A stretch of DNA of 64,000 nucleotides, from assembly GCA_043228905.1 (NCBI GenBank), contig JBHGNT010000018.1, positions 8,308,001 to 8,372,000 of the forward strand, in the 5' to 3' direction. The DNA comes from Azolla caroliniana. Taxonomy: Eukaryota; Plantae; Polypodiophyta. This document shows, in pieces, positions 34,101-44,300 of this stretch. A program made the position numbers and the translations under genes. Numbering within the stretch: position 1 is the first letter of the stretch; each line of letters begins with the position of its first letter. The notes beneath the pieces were generated by a model. That model was not told where the DNA came from and made no database searches. It saw nothing but the letters and a program-made list of their open reading frames with translations.

Positions 34101-36468
34101 CCTCGGTATTCCCCTCCGTTATCCGCTCGTATCGCTTTCAGCTTCTTGCCGGATTCTCTTTCCACTCTCGCGTGGAGTTCTTTGAAGACGGACAACACTT
34201 GGTCCTTTGTCTTCAACGGTGCCGTCCACAGTCTTCGGCTGTGATCATCTATGAATGTTACGAAGTACTGGGCTCCGCCATGTGACTTCGTTTCTACCTG
34301 ACACACATCAGTGTGCACCAACTCCAATGGTGCGCTACGTCTCGTCGGTGGCCTTGAGTGGAAGGAGGTTCGGTTCTGCTTACCGGCCAGGCAATCGGTG
34401 CACTTCTCCAGGTGCACGTGCTTCACTGGGATGAGGTTGTCTTCTGCAAGCCTCTTCATCCCCTTCTCACTCATGTGGCACAGTCTTTTGTGCCACAGCT
34501 CACCGGCAGTGTCGGCTGCCACATTCAGCTCTTCCGGACATAACCGGGCATTCATCAGGTACAGAGTGTTGACCTTCCGGGCCCGAGCCACTATCAGGCT
34601 CCCCTTGCTGAACTTCATGACACCGTCCCGGATGCTACCCGTGTAGCCTTCATCATCTAGCCTCCCGGCCGAGATCAGGTTCAATCGGACCTCCGGAACG
34701 TGTCGGACATTCTTCAGCAGCATTTTGCATCCGGTCGGGGTTGTCAACCACACGTCTCCTATGCCGGCAATCCGGCACGTACCTTCATTTCCCATCCGAA
34801 CACAGCCATGCTCACCGGCTGTGTAGGATGAGAAGTATCTTCTCTCCGGGGTCAGGTGGAACGATGCTCCGGAATCGACCACCCAGGTCGTCTCATCGCC
34901 GGCAACGTTTAGCTCACCTTCTTCGGTGATGAGCATGATTTCTTCCTCACTTGCCGCGAGTGCCGTTGTTCCTTTCCGGTCCTGCCCTCGCCGATCCGAA
35001 CCTCTCCGGTCCGTGGCTCCCCGGTATGCACCGTTTCTCTCCGGTGACTTCTTCGAGTCGGTGTCGTCGGCTCCGTTGTCTTTTCGGTAATGCCGACAGT
35101 TCTTCCGGAAGTGCCCCGGCTTCCCACAGTGGAAGCATGTTGGCCTTCCTCTTGACTGCGACCGGGTCCCCGACTTCTCCCGTCTTTGCGGACTCCGGTT
35201 CCATTGTCTTCCCCGATCCGATTCGGTAAACAGCATCTTCGGGTCGGAGGCCGGTTCCTTATCTCTCCGACGCGCTTCTTCATTCAGAATACTTGTCTTT
35301 ACCGTTTGTAAGGACAAGTTATCTTCGGTGCACGAGGTGCTGAGAGTCACCACCAAGTTCTCCCAGCTTTCCGGCAATGTACACATCAGGATGATGGCTT
35401 GCATTGCATCCTCCAACGGGAACTTGATCGCCGCAAGCTGATTCACGAATCCCATGAACGTGCTTACGTGTTCCACCATACTCTCGCCGTCCCGGTACTT
35501 GAGATTCACTATCTTCCTCATCAGGGAGGTCCGGTTCAACGCATTCTTCCTCTCATAGAGGCCCGACAGCTTCTTCCACATCTCGTATGCGTTGGTGTCG
35601 TTCGCCACATGTTGTAGGACGCTTACATCGACGTATTGTCGGATCGTCGCTACGGCTTTCCGGTTCAGGAGCTTCCACTCCGACTCAAGTACCCCTTTCG
35701 GTATTTCCGACCTGTCAATCGGTTCGTACAGGTCCCGAACAATCAGAAGATCCTCCATCTTGATCTTCCAGTCGGCGTAATTCTGTGCATTCAGCACCAT
35801 CATCGTCGGCTGCCCGCTGCCGCCGCCTTCCATTTTCTGCAACCTCGCTCTGATACCAGTTTGTTGGGAATCAACGCTTGGATTCACCTTCACCACTCGG
35901 CCACAACCGATTAATCGCGGATCAATGTAGCAGAAAATAGGAAATACAGAGAAAGACGCGATACACAGGGATTAACGTGGAAAACCCTATACGGGAAAAA
36001 CCACGGGAGTGCGAGACTCCGAACCAAACTATGCACAGAGAAATATACAATGGCGAGCTGCAAGGCAACGACCTTGAGCTCGCTGTCCTCGCCACAGGCG
36101 GCGGAAATACACAGAGGCGTCTACCTCTTCCTCTCTCGCGCTCTATCTCTCTCTCTCTCTCACGGCTGCTCCCTCTTCACTCCTCTTGAGTGGAAAAACA
36201 GAAAAATAATGAGCAACAGAAAAACTGTTTGCCCTAAGTCATATTTATACTTATATGACTTTGGGCTATTTACAACTATAGCCTCAGGGGGCTCGTAGCG
36301 AACATATTCACGGATATGTCCCTGCATCCGGATCGCTCTTCGGGTACATTCGTCATCCGGCACCGAACCCGGGGTCTTCGTCATCCGGATCCGAAACCGA
36401 AACCGGGCTTGTCGGCATTCATCTCCGATATCCGACCATCCCATCCGAAAGGGACCGTAATCCCAACA
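31140..36468 (-). mobile_element. Intact, very recent Copia (Tnt1/Tork-like) LTR retrotransposon
   Basis: 607-bp LTRs 31140-31746 and 35862-36468 (one difference spotted); TSD cggtt; iMet PBS 35847-35858; PPT 31747-31757. Confidence 0.98.
31757..35833 (-). CDS. Copia gag-pol polyprotein (Gag, zinc knuckle, protease, integrase, RT, RNase H)
   Basis: Uninterrupted ORF with CFHCGKPGHFRKNC, VDSGASFH, WHKRLCH...CTDC, LYGLKQAPRQW, YVDD; the first ATG after the PBS is at 35833. Confidence 0.97.
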   Translation of the reverse strand: MEGGGSGQPTMMVLNAQNYADWKIKMEDLLIVRDLYEPIDRSEIPKGVLESEWKLLNRKAVATIRQYVDVSVLQHVANDTNAYEMWKKLSGLYERKNALNRTSLMRKIVNLKYRDGESMVEHVSTFMGFVNQLAAIKFPLEDAMQAIILMCTLPESWENLVVTLSTSCTEDNLSLQTVKTSILNEEARRRDKEPASDPKMLFTESDRGRQWNRSPQRREKSGTRSQSRGRPTCFHCGKPGHFRKNCRHYRKDNGADDTDSKKSPERNGAYRGATDRRGSDRRGQDRKGTTALAASEEEIMLITEEGELNVAGDETTWVVDSGASFHLTPERRYFSSYTAGEHGCVRMGNEGTCRIAGIGDVWLTTPTGCKMLLKNVRHVPEVRLNLISAGRLDDEGYTGSIRDGVMKFSKGSLIVARARKVNTLYLMNARLCPEELNVAADTAGELWHKRLCHMSEKGMKRLAEDNLIPVKHVHLEKCTDCLAGKQNRTSFHSRPPTRRSAPLELVHTDVCQVETKSHGGAQYFVTFIDDHSRRLWTAPLKTKDQVLSVFKELHARVERESGKKLKAIRADNGGEYRGQFQEYCRSKGIRLEFTVPKTPELNGLAERMNRTIMERVRSMLAHAKLPKGFWAEAMSTATYVINRSPSVPLDGDTPQRVWTGKEVSYRHLKVFGCLAYVHVAKDRRGKLDPKTRPCIFLGYGDDEFGYRVWDPVDKKIFRSRDIIFMENKTLADWESEKKMKSSKSIGEDQLYEEQSRPARDRLALEDPAEDGEETEPAEEDENDTGTGPDPEMDSDEEEESEEPVTEAPERRYPLRERRAPRRFPEPEHVLLTDEGEPESFEEAKHDTQSRRWLSAMQDEMDSLHENHTYELVELPKGKRALRNKWVFKLKLGDAGNPPRYKARIVVKGFQQKKGVDFDEIFAPVVKMTSIRTVLSIAASMDLEVEQMDVKTAFLHGDLEEEIYMQQPEGFEKKGKEHLVCRLKKSLYGLKQAPRQWYRKFDSFMTDEGYLKTQSDHCVFVKKFEGGDSLILLLYVDDMLIVGRDQVKIRMLKKALHRTFSMKDLGPARQILGMHIIRDRSKKQLWLSQEKYVTKVLQRFNMSEARPVGSTLPANCKLSSKQSPKTKAEKEDMMKVPYASAVGSLMYAMVCTRPDIGYAVGVVSRYMSNPGKEHWNAAKWILRYLKGTANVCLRFGSGKPELEGFTDSDMSADADTSRSTSGYVMTYAGGAVSWQSRLQKTVALSTTEAEYMAAVEAGKEIIWMKDFIRELGIRQEEYRLYCDSQSAIHLAKNAAYHSRTKHIQRRYHWIRERIEDKEFVLTKIHTDENGSDMLTKVLTPDKLEACRKRVGLERHPMPK

Positions 36469-39400
36469 CGGTTGTAGGTCCTGTATGAAGCGGAACGTGC
36501 CGTTCTTTGGCACCGTGAACCACCGATTCAAGTATGGAGCACTCGACAGTTCGAGGATGCCCATATTGACCTTCTGCTTTAGTAGCTCCATCAACATCAG
36601 GATGTGAGCTCTGGGCACCAGAATCGGTTTGAGATTCCATGGCATATGTGGTACCGTGAAGATCACCATTGGCTCGATGATTGTCGGGTCTACGCACCCG
36701 ATCTCCTCCGACGAGAATGCGAAGGCCTTCCTGTGCCTTCCGAGCATCCACCAAAACCGGTCCTCCTCCTCCAGTAGTAGAAAGCCACCCATACCAACCT
36801 TGAGCTCCCGTAGCGTCATGTCGGTGAACCGGTGCCCTATGCTGGCTGGATTCCGTAAACTTGGGTCCAATGCGACCCCCTTTATCCGCTCTCCACTGCC
36901 CTTCGGCAAGGGTGCCGCAACTGGCCACACCTTCCAGTCCACAGTCTTATACTTTGTATCCACGCGGGCCGTTCGATCCGACCCAATACTCCCCCCGAAG
37001 TCTGTGATGACTTCGTACATTCCCATCGAGGTAACCAGAACTGTCTGGTCTTCGCTAAGGACTTCACCGACCACCTTTCGTAATTCGCCCAAGGTGTCGG
37101 CAAAAGAGACTGCCTCCACGGCGCCACTAATTTCTTCGTTGGGGGAGAGGACCCCAGACCTCCTTAGCCATCTCTCTGCCCACCTCCTCTCCTAGCCACT
37201 GATGCTGGTTAACGTACAACCTCCGTTTTCGGAGAGCCAAAATTTCCTACCAATAATACATGTCCGGGGTGTCCGGACTATCGCGACCCCACACCTTGAT
37301 AGCCCTCTCTAAAAATCCCCTCAACTGTCACCGCCGAGGGTCTCACGGTTTCGCTCGTGGTTGGGTCACATTGTCATGAATTGGACGGAATGCCGACCGT
37401 CTTGACTCTTGACACACGCATATGCCAAACCGTTGTCTAGTACTTTCGTCTCCATGTGTGCTACCGTAATGTACGGTTTGCCGAGAAATACCGAGTGCGA
37501 GGAAGTCTCCTGCACGAAGAAATGTTGATCTAATTCGACGTCGCCGATCTTCACGTGTACATTAGGGCATGCACCATGCAGTTCCTCTGTAGCGCATGTC
37601 GCCGCGCGTATCTTCCATCCGTGCTTGGTGTTGATCGGCCACTTCCCCTTTTTATAGAAGTCCATGGACATCAGGTTGATCTCCGAACCGTGGTCTACCA
37701 ATGCCACTATCGGCTCCTGGACGTCGCCGATCCGAATAGGGGTTTCCGTAGTGGCCCTAGCCCAATGCGACTTCGCGTAGTGGCTTTCCGCGAACTCATC
37801 CTCTAGGGCCGTCTCTTCTAAGTGCGTCGTCCGCACTTCCACCGGCTTCTCCGGTTCCAACTCCGTCGAGAGCCTCTTCCGCTTCACCAAGTCCACGATG
37901 GAGTCGTGGAACTCCTTCTTGGCGATTCCTAGCACCTCCCGTCACGATAGCTCGACCTTGTTGTCGAGAAATCTCTCTTCCAGGATATTCCGTAGGTCCG
38001 TTGTTCTTTCGATTTCGCTGCTCAGCCGGAAATCGGCTTGTTCTTCTTCTCCGGTGCGCCGGCGTTGGCGGCCTCATTTGGCTCCGGTCTGAACCGGGTC
38101 TCATACCGCTACGAGGGGCCGCCCCCTCCAGCCTTTCCAGCGTGCTTGTTTTCTACCAGAACCTCGTAGTTTTGGCATGCGGCTGCCACCAAACCAGTCT
38201 TTTCTTCCACCGGGTCGTCCCATCTGGTGACCTCCCGGATCCGCTGTTCCGCATGGTCTGCCTCTTCCTTCTTCAGCCGTACTCCGGAGAGACCCTCTAG
38301 CCCCAACGGCCACAATATGGAGTCCTTCTCTTTCCGGGCCTCATCACCCCCGACCCGGATTACCGCCGAAACTGAGTAGTTAACGGCCTCTGCATGTCGT
38401 GTCACGGCCTCTTCCATCAACAGCTTCATTCCACTGCGCCCCGTATTCAACTCTAGGGCTTTCCGGGTCTCGCTCGCACGCACCCGCCTGTTCCAGAGGT
38501 ACACCACGTTGGTCCCAGGTGCCTTGGCGAAATCCGTGCATTCTTTTCGGATGTGGCCGACCACGTCACACCACATGCACCGCTGCCCCGCCGGCGGCCT
38601 TCGGTCATAAGACTGTTCGCCGTTGTCCCTCCAGTCCTGTGCGATTTGGAGATCTCGCACCATCTACGACAGCTCTTCTAGAGCCGCCCCTCCGGAGGGA
38701 CTTTTGACCACTTCGCTCAGGGCTGAGCCCGTCTCAAGCCAACTCTGAGTTTCTTCCTTCCTAGCCAGTACCGATACCAACTCCTCGAGCTGCCTCGCCG
38801 GGACCGGCCTTGCCGCCGACGAGCCCTCGTCGCTCCACTCGCGCCGCTTGTCAAAACGATCGCAGACCCTCCTTACCATGCCCCAGTCTGCCGTGAGCCC
38901 TTCATCCATTTCCAACAGGAGACCCACCTTCTCCCGGTCCGTGGCGTCCACCGACTTGACGAACAGTAGTACCCGGCTCGTGTCAAGCACGGTCCAGTCC
39001 AGCGTTGACAGCCGTGCGAACCGTTTCTCAAACTCCTAGAGGATCACCGACGCGTTCCTCCCCTTCCCAGGGGGCTCAACCCACACCATGAAGTCTCGCT
39101 TCGATAGCTGAAGCGAGTCATTGAACCCATACATCTCGAGGAGCCGCATCTCGAACTCCTCCCAAGTTTGGCATCCGGCCAGCACCTCGAGCACCTCTGC
39201 GTGGATGCTCGGCGTCACCACCCGACGGAATCCAGACAGCCGGCTGCCCGCCGAGATATCCCTCATGATCATTTCGGCCCGGTATGCCTCCAAGTAGCTC
39301 GTGGCATTCTTCCCACCGAATCGACCTATGGTGCCGACGATCAACTCAATGGCCCTATCGAGGGCACTCGTTCCCTCGCAAGCGCTCACTAGCCGGTCGA

Positions 39401-40259
39401 CGGCTACGGCCATAGCTTCAACAAGCTCGGATCCCCTCATCCTTCACTCCTTTGCCACCTGTTTCACGTCGGGTTCACCAAATCTATCGTGTAATTACGC
39501 TCTTCGCATGCGGAAAGAGGCGGAACTGCGGGGGCCTTGAACTAAGGAGTGTGAGAAAGAAGAGAGAGAGAGAGAGCAGCTTGCAGAAACAAAGAGGGAG
39601 AAAGAGAGAGAGAACAAATTCTTAATTACAAAATCAATAACAATTACAACCGGCAAGCCGGCAACAAACCCAACTCAGGCGAACGCACACACACACGATG
39701 CTCACGCACGCACACAGCCCTGACTGCACTGTGGAGCCTTTGCCGGAAGCACACTGGTTGTCCACGAAGCAGAGGCAACTCAGTCCAAAATCCTGCAGAG
39801 AATGACCAATGATAGAGGAGAGAGCTCGGTCCCAGTCCGATAGCACTTCGTCGTCGCTCCTCAAAAAAACGATTCCTTTTCCGCCTTCTTCCTTTCCTTT
39901 TATAAGCCGTCCAAGCAGGTCGTTGCACCCTCATTTTCTTCAATTTATTCTCTATCCTTTTGGGCAGTGATACTCTTTGGTTCCCTAGGCATTCAATGCA
40001 TCACATCTAGCCTATTTACACCCACCGTCCTACTCCTAATTATGTACGAGGTATTAATGGGTGTGGAAAAGTGTAGAGCCAGTTCACGCGCCCTACTTCG
40101 CCTATTCCGCTCCTAGCCGGTTTTCTTCACGACACCGGTACCCTCTACTCCCTAGTCCAACACTCCTGCGGTCCCGCCTTGGATCCTACACGTACTCGCG
40201 GAATATTGCGAGAACGGTAAACCTCGACCAAAGCCGTGTTGCGAGAAACAGAGATCCAG

Positions 40260-40787
40260 TATACAAGAGAGGCTAACAACTATTCTGTTTTACACACATC
40301 TCTACGTTTGCCCTAAGTGTATTTATACTTATACATTGTTTGGGCTATTTACAAATGGAGCCACTACTACTGTCATTTCTTTTCTAACAATAATGGTTGA
40401 TTAGCTGACTAGTCGACTAGTCGATTCTACTAGCTGACTCATGTGTTGATTGTCTAGTCGGTGCGACTGGTAGGCCCAACCAGACGATCGTGTCTTCGAC
40501 TTGGATAACTTAGTATTTTTTCGAATCTCCAGGTCTTCGAATGTCCGCACTCGGCTTGACCAGGCAGTTGCTCCCATAGGAGGGACATATTCCTAACAAA
40601 CTCCTCCTTCACTCCTATGGGTGAAGTCAATTAGTCCTGCCCTCTGACGATAGACTCTAAGTCTGTCCATCGGTAAGTTCTTTGTCAACATATCGGATCC
40701 ATTTTCGTTAGTATGTATCTTCACAAGGGTAAACACTTATTCTTCCACTTTCTCCCGCAACCAGTGATACCTTCTTTGTATGTGCGT
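40260..40787 (-). mobile_element. Copia (Tork-like) 3' remnant: partial LTR, PPT and RNase H end
   Basis: LTR ends ...ttcctaaca at ~40598, then aactcctcctt; minus frame HIQRRYHWLREKV...KIHTNENGSDMLTK. Left boundary approximate. Confidence 0.8.
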
Positions 40788-43700
40788 TGTCGGGGTAATT
40801 GTGGTTCGTGTGGCGAAGTCGTAGGGACTAAGGTTAAAAAGAGTTGGCTATATATTTTATAAGGCTTGTGCGATAATGTTAGAAAGATTAAGGATAGGAA
40901 GAACAGGAGTTAGAAGTAATGTGCAAGAGACAGATATAGATAAAAGATAGAGTCAATGTATGATTTAAGAACCAGGACTATATGATATGAACATGATTTA
41001 TATTAAGAAAACAAGATTTTACAAACTTTACAATGCTTGATAGCAAGATAAAACCCTTCTCTACCGACTCTTGATTTGAACCCTCGACTTCAACTCCAAG
41101 AGACAAGACACTTCCCCAAATGCGCTAACTTCTTTGCTTGATTATATTATAATTTGATTTCTTACTTTCTCTTCTTGATTACCCTATTTTCCCTTCATTC
41201 ATCCCTCAATTCCTTGCCTCTCTTTATAGGTTCTCTCATGCATATGATGATATCGGGATGCATGTCATGCATGTGATGCATGATCGCCATTTGGCACACA
41301 TGTTTTACATGTGATGCATGATAGCCATCATGCTCATCTAAGCTCTAATGTATGAAGATACACATGTCATAGGTATGAAGATAAAAATGTAACTATAGAA
41401 AATAACTTATCCTGATGGTATATGCTTCGTCCTTGGTGTGTGAGGTTATGGGTTCAAGTTTCTCAAATGTTACTTAATACAATATTGAAGTTTATTTTTA
41501 TATCGTGAAGCAAACCCTTCACGACACCCACCCCCTCTGAACTTGCACATTGGATGTGCAGAGATCATCCAAAATCTTGAAAAAACTCTTCATTCCCTTT
41601 CCAAACTGGATGTTCCCTGAAGCACTCTTTGTTTCTTTCATGGTTAGGCCTCACAGTTAAGAATTGTACTGTCTTTCTTCCATCCTGACTCTCGATCCTC
41701 GTGAAAGCCAAAATATCATCAATCATGTTTGTTTCCATCTTTACTACATTGATGTATGGTTGACCAAGGATGACCGAGTAGGTTGATCTATCATACACAA
41801 AGAAATTTTTATCCACCGACACATCTCCCATTGTTACTTTCACACTGGGACATGGTACGAACAGATCCTCAGCAGTCTCTGTGGCAACTCTTATTTTCCA
41901 CCCATGATTCTTGTCGATTGGCCACCATCCTTCAACATAAAATTCCGATGAAATCATGTTAATCTCTGATCCATGGTCAATCAAAGCAATACATGGAATT
42001 TGTTGCTCCCTAATTTTTGCAGGTGCCTCTGTTGTTACTTGAGCCCAATGGTCCCTTGTATAATGACTCTTATCCCCTTCATGAATCCCAACATCATTTA
42101 TCTTCTTTAAACTTGCACCATTAATTGTGCCACGATCGAAATGTTGGAGTGTTGCTGCACACCCTCCTGTAACTTCTTCCATCAAATGTTTTATATTTGT
42201 CACAACTTCTGTGTCCGAAGCAAGCTTGAAAGTTGGGTCTGTCTTTCCTTTTACTTTATTAGCTTCTTTCGACTCAGGAGCATCCTTTTCCATCTCTCTT
42301 CTCTCTTGTTCTTGTGTTTCATGCATTTTAGCTAGATTAGCCTCCTCAACCCTCTTTCACTTCTCTTCCACTAGTACATCTTGTGTATTCACTTGGGCAA
42401 TTGCTGATAGTGTGTCTACGGGATCATTCCATCCAGTGAAGTTTCATATTTCATCTCCCGCTCTTTTTAATTCATCCACTCGAACCTTCCCTTTTCTTGC
42501 ATACTCCATCACACCTTGCTAAAAGTGAGATCCACCATATGAGTTTTCTACACGCAACCCTAAGGTTGCCACAGATTGTATTGCTTGAGTCGTTTCTCTC
42601 TCGGCATCTTCCATTAGCTTTTTCATTCCACCTCGCCCAAAGTTGAGTTGAAGTGGTTGTCGAGTCTTTATCGAGTGAATCTTGCCATCTTGATAGTAGA
42701 TTTTATTATGATTAACAACATCCCTATGTTCTTGACAGTCTTTCTTCTGGTGGTCGACATTGTCGCACCACATACACCTCCGGACAATGCCACCTCCTTG
42801 CCTTGATGAAGTTGAGCTTTGTTCCGATTCCAGCTTCGTCACTTTGATCGACAAGTCTTTCATGCCTTTCACCAATTCGTGCAAGAGTGACTCTTCTACT
42901 TTCTTCTCTCCCAAGTCGTTCCACGTTTCATATCCCTTCATCTATGGCCGCTCCATAAACCATAACTTTCTTTTACAGAAATGAGCGCACACTCTTTTCA
43001 ACTCCTCCTAGTCTTTGGTAAGTCCACTTGAACTATTCTGATCTTCTAGAAGCATTCCCAAGTCCTTCCTGTCTTTAATATTAGTATCTTGTAGAAACAA
43101 TATTATTTTATTTGGCATTATTATGTTTCTATCCCTAACATTTAATTGCTCAAATCTTTCTGAAAACACTTTTAACACTTCCAAAACGCATAAATGTTTA
43201 TCAGAATCTATACCCAAACCATGAAAGTTGGCCTTGTCATCCTTGACATATCGTTGAGGTTGTATTCATTCAATAATGCTCTTTTGAAAGTCCCACATGT
43301 CTGATGATCCCTCTATAGCTCATGGATCCTCTATTGTAGCCCAATCACAGCGACTCAACTAAAGCTATTAATTCTTGCAGCTTCGTGGACACCATGTTTA
43401 AGCATTTCTTCATTGTAAATCTTCAAAAATCTTGTTAAATTCATACCTTCGAAGATCCTTACTCGTGTGAGAATATTGTCGAGGGCTTTGTTGATGCTCG
43501 CCATCATCCCTTGCCCCCGGATCATTCGTTCCATCATCATACACATAAGCCTCATTTGCTCCTCCATTTTTCCTTGTCGCCGCCTTCACATCTAGTTCCC
43601 CAAATGTGTCGGGGTAGTTGTGGTTTGTGCGGTGAAGTCATAGGGACTAAGGCTAAAAGGAGTTGGCTATATATTTTATACGGCTTGTGCAACAATGTTA

Positions 43701-44300
43701 GAAAGATTAAGGATAGGAAGAACAGGAGTTAGAATCAATGTGCGAGACAGATATAGATAAAAGATAGAGTCAATGTATGATTTAAGAACCAAGACTATAT
43801 GATATGAACATGATTTATATTAAAAAAACAAGATTTTACCAACTTTACAATGCTTGATAGCAAGACGAACCCCTCCTCTACTAACTCTTGATTTGACCCC
43901 TCAACTTCAACTCCGAGAGACAAGACACTTCCCCAAGTGCGTTATCTTCTTTGCTTGATTATATTATTTGAATTCTTACTTTCTCTTCTTGATTACCTTG
44001 TTTTCCCTTCATTCATCCCTTAATTCCTTGGCTCTCTTTATAGGTTCTCTCATGCATATGATGATGTGGGGGTGCATGGCATGCATGATCACCATTTGGC
44101 GCACATGCTTTACATGTGATGCATAGCCATCATGCTCATCTAAGCTCTAATGTATGAAGATACACAGGTCATAAGTATGATGATAAAAATATAGCTATAG
44201 AAAATAACTTATCCTAATGGTATATGCTTTGTCCTTGGTGTGTGAGGTTATGGGTTCAAGTCTCTCAAATGTTACTTAATATAATATTGAAGTTTATTTT
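40788..44300 (-). mobile_element. Non-autonomous Gypsy (gag plus protease only), Trp-primed lineage
   Basis: LTRs 40788-41526 and 43607-44300 (interrupted); PPT 41527-41537; degenerate Trp PBS ~43586-43602; CMWCDNVDHQKKDC and LIDHGSEINMIS; no RT or integrase in the 2.1-kb interior. Confidence 0.88.

Larger units (their letters stand above)
28292..40134 (-). mobile_element. Degenerate tRNA-Trp-primed Gypsy retrotransposon, interrupted by an intact Copia
   Basis: LTRs 28292-28941 and 39485-40134; PBS 39464-39480; PPT 28942-28954; TSD ccgg/ctgg; gag, protease (LVDHGSEINLMS), RT (PQGGTNSVAH...FLDD), RNase H and partly deleted integrase. Confidence 0.93.
22226..40213 (+). mobile_element. Non-autonomous tRNA-Trp-primed Gypsy element; 3' LTR split by a nested insertion
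   Basis: 5' LTR 22226-23164; PBS tggtgaacccgacgtga 23169-23185; gag remnant ~23230-24000 similar to 38664-39440; PPT ~27428-27438; 3' LTR 27439-28291 plus 40135-40213; 4-bp TSD acgg. Confidence 0.9.

Noticed and set aside
35834-35896. N-terminal 21 aa of the 1379-aa ORF
   Set aside because: Runs through the LTR and PBS from a non-ATG start; the real start is probably 35833.
31767-35914. Numerous plus-strand ORFs opposite gag-pol (also in 50000-59200)
   Set aside because: Antisense shadows of GC-rich coding sequence with no independent motifs.
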